A DNA stretch of 34,315 bases from Candidatus Bathyarchaeia archaeon. GTDB lineage: Archaea; Thermoproteota; Bathyarchaeia; Bathyarchaeales; Bathycorpusculaceae. Under the pieces are notes generated by a model that saw only the letters and a list, made by a program, of their open reading frames with translations, did no database searches and had not been told where the DNA came from. Made by a program: the position numbers and the translations under genes. Within the stretch, counting starts at the first letter, position 1. The number at the start of each line of letters is the position of its first letter. The stretch lies in NCBI GenBank assembly GCA_038882655.1, contig JAVZNT010000011.1, positions 1 to 34,315 on the forward strand. The letters run 5' to 3'. Positions 1 to 7,787 of this stretch are shown here, piece after piece.

Positions 1-1
1 T

Positions 2-730
2 GAGGTTTTCAAGGAGTTGGCTGAAACCCTAAAAGTGGCGAAAGTTGAAAAATACGGTCCAGAGGAGCTTTCAGCCGGACCAGAAATCGACAGCGCCAAA
101 GAGATAATTCTCGTTGAAGGGAGAGCCGACGTCATAAACCTGCTGCGTTGCGGAATCCACAATGTCATAGCCCTTGAAGGCGCAAAAGTCCCAGAAACAA
201 TAAAGAAACTATGTAAAGAAAAGGAGGCAACAGCCTTCCTAGACGGAGACCGCGGCGGAGACCTAATCCTGAAAGAACTATTGCAAGTGACCAACGTGAA
301 ATATGTGGCTAGAGCCCTCAGGGGAAAAGAGGTTGAAGAGCTCAACTGCAAAGAAATCTTCGAGGCTTTAGAAGCCAAAGTCCCGGTTGAAGAGCTTTTC
401 AAACCACCACCAAAAAGAGAAAAACGCCGAGTGGAACTTCCAAAAGAGGTTGTTCAAATAGCCAAGGAACTGGACGGCACATTTGAGGCGGTACTCCTAA
501 ACGAAAAACTCGAGCCAATAGAGAGACTTCCAGTAAGCCAGCTAGCCGAAAAACTCCAGCAAACCAGCGGCGTAGACACCGTGGTCTTTGACGGCATAAT
601 AACCCAGAGGATAGTGGACATAGCTAGCGAGAAAAACATAAAAAATATAGTGGCTTCTCGCATTTCAGAAGCCTTAAAGCCGCCACTAAACGTGCAGCTT
701 ATAACATTTTCCGAAATATTCGAAGGCTAG
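2..730 (+). CDS. dnaG: Archaeal DnaG-type primase / exosome-associated protein, 5'-truncated by the window edge
   Basis: TOPRIM motifs ILVEGRADV and FLDGDRGG, plus the C-terminal VVFDGIITQRIVD typical of archaeal DnaG. The frame is open from position 2 (EVFKELAET...), so the real start lies outside the window. Confidence 0.93.
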   Translation, partial: EVFKELAETLKVAKVEKYGPEELSAGPEIDSAKEIILVEGRADVINLLRCGIHNVIALEGAKVPETIKKLCKEKEATAFLDGDRGGDLILKELLQVTNVKYVARALRGKEVEELNCKEIFEALEAKVPVEELFKPPPKREKRRVELPKEVVQIAKELDGTFEAVLLNEKLEPIERLPVSQLAEKLQQTSGVDTVVFDGIITQRIVDIASEKNIKNIVASRISEALKPPLNVQLITFSEIFEG

Positions 731-731
731 C

Positions 732-3122
732 CTAGAAAAAGTCTGTAAGCCTCCTAGTCTCCCTTTCCTTATTACTAGCCTTAGCCGTTAACAGCTGCTC
801 TTCGGTTATGCCAAAACACTCGAGGACTCTGGCGGCTGCTGGCACAATCTGGTTAGCTACATAATATTCTATGTCCACCTCATCATAGGAGGCAAACATG
901 TAGGGCTTAACCCGCTCATATAGGCGTCCAGTCCCTGCAACAACAACATAGCCAACCTTGTCGCCCATAGCAAGCTTCCAACCCTTCTCCATAAACATTC
1001 TGGCTGCCTCAACATGAGGCGTCTTAACGGCATATTCCTCAACTGACTTCGTCAAAGTCTTCCAAATTATCAAGTCACGGTATGGAACACGCCTCTGCCT
1101 CAGCTCATAAATGAACTGTTGAGTGAATCTTGCAGCTTTCTGCGGCGACTGTTCCCCCAAAATTATCTCTAAAACCTTCTCCTGCACCTTCTTAGCTACA
1201 ACAGCCCAGTCGCCCCTAATGACTTCCAAGCCGACAATGTCAAGTCGCCCATCTGGAAGAAGCCCAGCATAACGCTTCTTGGCTTCAGTGAAAAATATAC
1301 GCGTGTAAATCTTGTCAGGCTTAATTTCCAAGCCGAGCTTCTCATAAATCTTTGCGGCAAGCCGTTCAACCTTTTCAGGCTCGTACTTTATGAAGATGCT
1401 GTCGGTATCGCCGTAAACAACCGTCAATCCTTCCTCCTCAGCCATCTTAATAGCGCTAAGAATCATGTGTCTGCCCCAAGCAGTAGCAGCCTCGGCAACC
1501 GGCTTAATGTACCATCTTGCGCCAATCCATCCAACATAACCATAAGAAGCATTTGTAATAACCTTAATCGCCTTCTGTCTAGCATCCAAAACGCGATACT
1601 CAACACTGTTCGGGGCACACTTCTTCACCTTCGAGCGAACCTTATTTCTAACACTTATGAGATGCGACAAAACCTCCTTGTAAAAACCTGAAGGCTCTTT
1701 TCTAAACCTATGCTTAACTTCCGGCGCTTCATAAACGCCGCATGGTGGAATAGACTCTTTAGGAGCTACATACGTGTCTGGTGAAAGGTTGTATGTTATC
1801 ATAATGTTTGGGTACATAGCTGCGAAGTCTAAAACGGCGATGTTCTCATGCAAGCCGGGCTTGGGGCTGAGCACTATGGCGCCAGCATAAGGTCTATACG
1901 GTTGCTCAACCCTCTTTGGCACAAGCTCGCCGATTTTGTGGGCATGTTTAATTAGGAACCACTCAACCCTAAAGCCAACAGCTGCCGTTCCAACATGGTC
2001 GAGGGGCAAACCAACAAAGCTTGAAAGTTGCATGGCAAGATCCAGAATAGCATTAGCTATACCCATAATGCAACGGGTGTTTTCCAACGAAAACCTCTTG
2101 AGGATTTCACGCTTCGTCTTATCATCCCAGTAATCGGCAAAATCCACATCCTCAATCAAAACGCGATTTTCAATTTTCATAACGCCCAAATAATCTGCCA
2201 AATTTTCCAAAGTCTTAACTTTAACGTCTGGAAACTCGTCTGCAAAATCGAAAATGTCAATGTTCACTCTACCAGTAATCGAAACATGCCCATAAACACT
2301 CGTGTGTGGCTCGGTTTTAGCCCTATCAATGGATAAGCGCAAACCAAGCTTCTTACAACGCTCATTGAGGTAAGCCCAATCCTGCCTATTCACTCCATAA
2401 CCAACAATAATGTCAGGGTCAAATCTTCGCACATAATCTATAAAAGCCTCTAAAACAGGCTTGTCATCCCTATCTTCACCAGCAACAAACTGCCTCTCAT
2501 CACCAGCGTTGGTTGCCACCGAGATTATGACAACGGGGTTTCTGTCCGGTTTTGGCGCTCCCTCACGGCTATAACAGATAGTTGAAAAACCTAAAATTCT
2601 CAAACTTGGAACTTCTGCCCTTTCAACGAATTTCGGTGGAGACGCAGCTACATAAACATGATCCACCCGCAAATCCGTGTTTTTTTCTTCTTTGGCAACC
2701 TCAACCTCATGCCAGCCACACGGAACAACATCATTGTCAATTAAATAGCGCATCGAATAACGAATATCATCTTCAAGGCACTCTTCAACGCCCTCAATTT
2801 TCCGGAAAGTCTTAGCATACTTCACCATAACATCTGGGTCACGACAATAAACCTTTAAGGCTTTAACAGGCTTGCCGAAAAATTTCTTTTCAACGACCTC
2901 AACCCTAACAATAAATGGAAACTCCGCTTTTCTAGACTCAATTTCGCCAGCAACTTTTGCTGGGTTAAAACCATCCTCAACAACTGCATAAAAATAGGAA
3001 AGAAAACCTCTATCAACCACCAAAACTCTACTCCCAGAAGAGTCTATACCCCAAAGCCACACTTCTGGCTCATGATTCTTAACCTCATAATTCACATCCA
3101 ACAACCAAAACATAACCTTCAT
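732..3122 (-). CDS. polB: Family B DNA polymerase (PolB3-like); polymerase motifs intact, 3'-5' exonuclease motifs degenerate
   Basis: Motif A LDFAAMYPNI, motif B RQKAIKVITNASYGY, motif C YGDTDS, also KKRYAG and GLEVIRGDW. Start placed at ATG 3122 (MKVMFWLLD) behind GCGGGGT; TTG 3143 and ATG 3128 are alternatives. Confidence 0.93.
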   Translation of the reverse strand: MKVMFWLLDVNYEVKNHEPEVWLWGIDSSGSRVLVVDRGFLSYFYAVVEDGFNPAKVAGEIESRKAEFPFIVRVEVVEKKFFGKPVKALKVYCRDPDVMVKYAKTFRKIEGVEECLEDDIRYSMRYLIDNDVVPCGWHEVEVAKEEKNTDLRVDHVYVAASPPKFVERAEVPSLRILGFSTICYSREGAPKPDRNPVVIISVATNAGDERQFVAGEDRDDKPVLEAFIDYVRRFDPDIIVGYGVNRQDWAYLNERCKKLGLRLSIDRAKTEPHTSVYGHVSITGRVNIDIFDFADEFPDVKVKTLENLADYLGVMKIENRVLIEDVDFADYWDDKTKREILKRFSLENTRCIMGIANAILDLAMQLSSFVGLPLDHVGTAAVGFRVEWFLIKHAHKIGELVPKRVEQPYRPYAGAIVLSPKPGLHENIAVLDFAAMYPNIMITYNLSPDTYVAPKESIPPCGVYEAPEVKHRFRKEPSGFYKEVLSHLISVRNKVRSKVKKCAPNSVEYRVLDARQKAIKVITNASYGYVGWIGARWYIKPVAEAATAWGRHMILSAIKMAEEEGLTVVYGDTDSIFIKYEPEKVERLAAKIYEKLGLEIKPDKIYTRIFFTEAKKRYAGLLPDGRLDIVGLEVIRGDWAVVAKKVQEKVLEIILGEQSPQKAARFTQQFIYELRQRRVPYRDLIIWKTLTKSVEEYAVKTPHVEAARMFMEKGWKLAMGDKVGYVVVAGTGRLYERVKPYMFASYDEVDIEYYVANQIVPAAARVLECFGITEEQLLTAKASNKERETRRLTDFF

Positions 3123-3185
3123 ACACATACCCCGCTTGCACAAGATTTAGGTATGACAAGCAGTTTAAATAAAGTTTCCATGAAG

Positions 3186-3286
3186 TGGCGGGTCCGCCGG
3201 GATTTGAACCCGGGATCTCCGGCTTAGAAGGCCGACGCGCTCTTTGGATTAAACATTACGCTTTGTCCAAGCTGCGCCACGGACCC
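3186..3286 (-). tRNA. tRNA-Arg(UCU) with encoded CCA and a 23-nt non-canonical D-loop intron (3242..3264)
   Basis: Reverse complement folds as acceptor GGGUCCG/CGGACCC-G-CCA, D-stem GCGC/GCGC, anticodon arm UCGGC-CU UCU AA-GCCGG and T-arm CCGGG-UUCAAAU-CCCGG. A20 identity element present. Removing 23 nt gives a 78-nt mature tRNA. Confidence 0.93.
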
Positions 3287-3416
3287 TCCGTTGGGTTTCA
3301 TATGAAAAGTGTTGAAGATATAGTTTTATCTTTTGACGGTTTATACGAATCTTCAGCATTTAAATCCTCGTATCCTTGGATGCAAAGGATAGCGTCACGA
3401 GGAAAGTGAACAACGT

Positions 3417-4154
3417 TTAATTTAGCTTTCTACATAAACTACGCTTTTGTTTTCTCTTGAATGCGTTATCGGTTTGAATTGGTACTCGTATAGTTAGGCA
3501 TCTCTTAAATTGCACTAAAATAAAAATGAGAAGTAATGTAGGATAAAACACGGCTACGATTATTGCTAAAATACCGTAGTAAAAGTATGGTTTTTCAAAT
3601 ACTAAATCCTCTATACGAATGTGCAGATTAGCGTGTTTATCTTGCGTGTCACAATTTTTGATTTCAAACGTGTAAGTTTCAGGTTCAGAGACCTCATACG
3701 GTGGAGCAGCAGACAGAAGGGCTCCAGGCCACAGGCTAAACGTATAGTTGCTTACAACATTTCCATGGTTGTCGTAACTTATAAACCATACATCAAAGGT
3801 TTCGTTTGTTGTAAACCACAAATAAAACTGTATAATTTCCCATCTAGTTAACGTCGGTTTGGAGATTTTTCTCATATTACAAAATGTGTAGTTTTCTTCA
3901 AAAAATAATGCGCCATAGGGTGGAGGTTCACGTATGCTCAAATGAAAAGTGAAAGTTTGACTGCCGTTCAGAGTCATTGGATAATTGAACTCTGTTTTCT
4001 CAAATGGCCCTGTGCGTTCTACATAATTAATACAACGTAGGCCTACATCTATTAAAGCACAGGTCATAACTAAAGGATAAACAATTAGTATGAACCAAAC
4101 AATTTTTAATGCCTTACTTGACTCTTTGTTGCATGACATGAAATTAATCTGCAC
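3417..4154 (-). CDS. Hypothetical membrane protein (N- and C-terminal TM helices around an extracellular beta-rich domain)
   Basis: Hydrophobic segments IVWFILIVYPLVMTCALI and YYGILAIIVAVFYPTLLLIFILV; several NxS/T sequons (NGS, NYT twice); visibly AT-richer than neighbours. Start uncertain. Confidence 0.65.
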   Translation of the reverse strand: MQINFMSCNKESSKALKIVWFILIVYPLVMTCALIDVGLRCINYVERTGPFEKTEFNYPMTLNGSQTFTFHLSIREPPPYGALFFEENYTFCNMRKISKPTLTRWEIIQFYLWFTTNETFDVWFISYDNHGNVVSNYTFSLWPGALLSAAPPYEVSEPETYTFEIKNCDTQDKHANLHIRIEDLVFEKPYFYYGILAIIVAVFYPTLLLIFILVQFKRCLTIRVPIQTDNAFKRKQKRSLCRKLN

Positions 4155-4186
4155 TGTAGTACTACACTTATGATGCTTTTTAATTT

Positions 4187-7102
4187 TTACTCAATGTATA
4201 TAGCCGGGCGCCATGGCTTCGCCATTTTCGCCCTATTTTTCGGGTCGTAAAGTTCTGCTCTCTCATCCTTTTGAATGGTTATTTCGGCGGCACCGACTTC
4301 TGCTTTTAGGAACTCCTTTGTCTCATCCAATATTTTGGTTTCATCTACATATCCAACGTGCATTAGCCTCTCCCTTCTTTCTTGGGGCATTCTATTAACT
4401 TCGTCAATGATTTTACCCACAAATTCAGCTATTTTCTTAGCTTTTCCTTTCAAATCTGCATCCTTTAACAATTTTCTGATTAGGCTGCCTTGTTCAAGCT
4501 TTCCTTCCACGGATTTTTCAACTGCTTTTAGGTACGTCTTCCATTTCCACTCAGACGCTGTGTAATAGAACACTTTTTTGGGCGTTATGCCGGTTGCCCT
4601 TATAATGTGCAGCGTATCCTCAAGTAATGTCGCTATCAGCGTTTCACTCTCCTCAGCCTTAACATCAACCTTTGTCTCGTCTGGTTTTGGCCACTGTGCC
4701 AATGAGGCGAATTCTTTTCCACCCATTTTTTCCCATAGTTCCTCAGAGGTGTGGGGTGCGAAGGGCGTAAGCATCAATATTTGAGCCTTTAATACTTCGT
4801 TTAGTATGTAGTTTGTTGCGGCTTTTGGTGTTGTTTTTGCGCGTTTCTGGTACCATTGCAAGTCTTGGTCCAATTCAAATAGAATTGTGTGGATTGCTTT
4901 GCGCACAGCCAGTTTTTCCATGGCGCTTGTCGCCCTTTTAATGTGCTCTTGCAGTCGACTTAACATCCATCTATCGATGGTTGTCAACTCCTCCTTTGGC
5001 AACTGGCTCTTTTGGCTTACTTCAGTTTTGGCGTTTTCGACAAGTTTGTAAAGCCGCTCTAGCCTATCGCGCATTGCTTTTGCAACGGATGGGCTGAAAT
5101 CTGCATCTTGCAATAGTTCTGCTGTTGCTAGCACGCTTAGCCTTATTGGGTCTGCGCCGAAAGTTTTCAAACCTTCCCTTAAAGGTATTATGTTACCAAA
5201 GGATTTGCTCATTTTGGCTCCTTCCATTGTGACAAGCCCATTTGTCACTATTTGTCGCGGCCAAAGGTTTTCTGGGAATATTGCTGTATGGTTGAATATC
5301 ATAAACGTTAGGTGGTTTGGTATGAGCTCGTGGGCTGAATGTCTACTGTCAAGGGGATAAAAGTATAGGAACTCACTGCGCATGTCTTCCAAAACTGTGG
5401 CGTCTATTCCAGCTTCCTCTGCCAACTCTTTTAAGTTTCCAATTCCAAGAAAGATGTAGTCGAAAACTTTGTCCGTTAGCTGGTCTGACTGAATTTTATG
5501 TTCCTTTATGTGGCGGGCTATGGTGTAATATGCCATATAGATCGTTGAGTCTGATAGGGACTCTATAATCCATTCAGGATCCCATGGCAGTCGTGTTCCC
5601 AATCCCGACTTTCTTGCGCACGCTTTTTCGTGTAGCCAGTCTATCACGTACTTATATTCTGCGCGAAGTTCTTCTGGCAATATCCTCATCTTCTCTAGGC
5701 ATTTGTGGGCTAGAGCTTTCCATTCCGGTTTTCCATAATCTATGAACCATTGGTTTTCAAAAATTTTCACAATACACTCTGTTCCACAGCGACACTGTAC
5801 CGGCCTGTTTAAGAGCTCATACATTGTTGTAGCTTTTCCAGCAGCTATTAAGTCCTCCTTAACTTTTTCTTTTGCTTCCGCCACTGACAAGCCAGCGTAT
5901 TTTCCAGTGTTGCCCTTCATTTTGCCATTGTGAAACTCGTGTCGGTAAACCTCCTTTGTAGCGTCTTCAAGTTTGGGGTCTGTCTGCTCCTTTATTCCCA
6001 TTTTCTTTACAACATCTGCCGCTGGAACATCAGAATATTGTGGAGCTTCAATTATGGAAATGGCGTTTATGGGTTTTACGACATCCTCTGTCAACCCGTA
6101 TTCCACGAGCCTCGACGGCTCGCTTTTAATGTTTTTCAAGGCAACATAATCGTAGGGGGCATGTCCAGGCACGGACATTACTACGCCTGTCGCATTCTTG
6201 GGATCGACAAAATCTGCTGGCAGAATGTAGATTTCTTCGTTTGTGGCCGGGTTTTCAACAAGTTTTCCTATAAGCGCCTTTCCTTCGAAGCGTTCAAGTA
6301 TAGTCACTTTGTGGTTTTGGTATGTTAGCTTTTCAGCGCATTCTTGGCTTACTATCCATTTTTCACCGTTAACAACTACCTTAACATACTTTGCCTTCGG
6401 GTTAAGCCAAATGTTTGTAACGCCAAAGATTGTTTCTGGGCGAAGTGTGGCTGTTGGAAGAATCCACTCTCCATGCCTAAACTTTATCAGCGTAAACTCG
6501 CCTATTTCTGGTTCCACATCGCCTTGTGTGTCATGCTGTCCAACCGGATTGCCGTCTTTTGGACACCAGCCCACTGGGTGGCTTCCACGCGTTATGTAGC
6601 CTTTTTCGCGGAGTTTGTGGAACTGCCATTCTATGAAACGGTTATATTGGGAATCTACTGTTGTGAATTCGCGTCTCCAGTCTATTGAATAGCCTATCCT
6701 CTTCATGCCTTCTCTGATTTCTTCATGGAAATATCTTGCCATAACAAGCGGCTCCGTTAACTCTTTCAGCTTTTCCCTCGGAACTTTGTAGACTTCTACA
6801 AAGTCGCTTATCAAGTCCTCATCGTTTTCTGCTAGGCGCTTTGCCATGGCTAAAACTGGCGTTCCAGTATAATGGAAAGCCATTGGTAAAAGCACATTAT
6901 AGCCTTGCATCCGCATGTATCTAGCGTAAACATCAGCCAAAGTGTAGGTTCTTGCGTGGCCTATATGCTGCGGAGAATTTGGGTAGGGGTAAGCGACTGT
7001 TATATAGAATTTTGGCTTTTGGGGCTCTGGGTTTGCCTCAAAAATTTTTGCTTCTTGCCAGCGTTTTTGCCATTTCTCCTCGATTCGCCTTAAAATTTCC
7101 AT
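4187..7102 (-). CDS. leuS: Leucine--tRNA ligase (archaeal/eukaryal type)
   Basis: AYPYPNSPQHIGH (HIGH), KMSKS, editing-domain TLRPET and GVVMSVPGHAPYD, WIIESLSDSTIY, C-terminal AKPWRPAIYIE. Start ATG 7102 (MEILRRIEEKWQ) preferred; ATG 7162 possible. Confidence 0.96.
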   Translation of the reverse strand: MEILRRIEEKWQKRWQEAKIFEANPEPQKPKFYITVAYPYPNSPQHIGHARTYTLADVYARYMRMQGYNVLLPMAFHYTGTPVLAMAKRLAENDEDLISDFVEVYKVPREKLKELTEPLVMARYFHEEIREGMKRIGYSIDWRREFTTVDSQYNRFIEWQFHKLREKGYITRGSHPVGWCPKDGNPVGQHDTQGDVEPEIGEFTLIKFRHGEWILPTATLRPETIFGVTNIWLNPKAKYVKVVVNGEKWIVSQECAEKLTYQNHKVTILERFEGKALIGKLVENPATNEEIYILPADFVDPKNATGVVMSVPGHAPYDYVALKNIKSEPSRLVEYGLTEDVVKPINAISIIEAPQYSDVPAADVVKKMGIKEQTDPKLEDATKEVYRHEFHNGKMKGNTGKYAGLSVAEAKEKVKEDLIAAGKATTMYELLNRPVQCRCGTECIVKIFENQWFIDYGKPEWKALAHKCLEKMRILPEELRAEYKYVIDWLHEKACARKSGLGTRLPWDPEWIIESLSDSTIYMAYYTIARHIKEHKIQSDQLTDKVFDYIFLGIGNLKELAEEAGIDATVLEDMRSEFLYFYPLDSRHSAHELIPNHLTFMIFNHTAIFPENLWPRQIVTNGLVTMEGAKMSKSFGNIIPLREGLKTFGADPIRLSVLATAELLQDADFSPSVAKAMRDRLERLYKLVENAKTEVSQKSQLPKEELTTIDRWMLSRLQEHIKRATSAMEKLAVRKAIHTILFELDQDLQWYQKRAKTTPKAATNYILNEVLKAQILMLTPFAPHTSEELWEKMGGKEFASLAQWPKPDETKVDVKAEESETLIATLLEDTLHIIRATGITPKKVFYYTASEWKWKTYLKAVEKSVEGKLEQGSLIRKLLKDADLKGKAKKIAEFVGKIIDEVNRMPQERRERLMHVGYVDETKILDETKEFLKAEVGAAEITIQKDERAELYDPKNRAKMAKPWRPAIYIE

Positions 7103-7290
7103 AAAACTTTCTGAGCTGTTTTGGGGGATATTAAAGGTTTTGTCTTCACGTGGAGAGAACATAATCCCTCATATTTTACACCGTTAAGACATGATGCGGA
7201 ACTCAAATTAAACCTTTACTGCTCTTTAATAAACGCGAAGGTGGTTAACATTTCGTCTTCAAATTTTAGTAACTGTTTGTTCTTTTCGGT

Positions 7291-7707
7291 TTAGGCTTGA
7301 CTAAATTTTCTAGTTAATATTTCCCGCATTCTCTCAATTGTTGCTCTATCTTCCCATGCGGCTCTTTTGGTTTCCAACTCTTTGGCGGCTTCCATGCTGC
7401 GGTTATATTCGTCTATGGCTTTATTTGTCTGGTTTATAACATGTTCAACCCAGTCAAGTTTTTCTTTAAAATCGTCTTCCGTTGTCACGAGCCTTATCTT
7501 TTCACCTATAATGAAGAGTTTTCTATCCCATAAATGTCTGCTGGAACGCCATTCCTGTTCGAAAATATCTTGCCAAATGTGGTCTGGAATGGCTTCTAGC
7601 GGTAGGTCCACTATGTAGGCGTCGTGGAAGTAGCGGTCTCTTTCAATTGATATTTTGCTCGCATCGAAAGGTTTCAAAAGGTTTACTTTTTTGGCTTTTT
7701 CACTCAT
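7291..7707 (-). CDS. Hypothetical soluble protein (~138 aa) with C-terminal coiled-coil-like helix
   Basis: Clean ORF filling the gap between leuS and hdrA with normal protein composition; no family recognised. Confidence 0.7.
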   Translation of the reverse strand: MSEKAKKVNLLKPFDASKISIERDRYFHDAYIVDLPLEAIPDHIWQDIFEQEWRSSRHLWDRKLFIIGEKIRLVTTEDDFKEKLDWVEHVINQTNKAIDEYNRSMEAAKELETKRAAWEDRATIERMREILTRKFSQA

Positions 7708-7787
7708 ATATATGCCCAATATAAATTATAGGCGGTTTTGCGCTTTTAATTGTTATTGTTAAAAATAGCGTAACTAAGAATTAAACC

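Noticed and set aside
732-3143. Intein in the DNA polymerase
   Set aside because: Length of about 800 aa and contiguous motifs A, B and C leave no room; no splice-junction motifs seen.
3185-3409. 74-aa ORF MAGPPGFEPG...
   Set aside because: It is the antisense reading of the tRNA-Arg gene; GFEP is the usual T-loop shadow translation.
3186-4154. tRNA-anchored integrated element
   Set aside because: No integrase and no duplicated tRNA 3' end seen in the window; the orphan lies on the tRNA 5' side.
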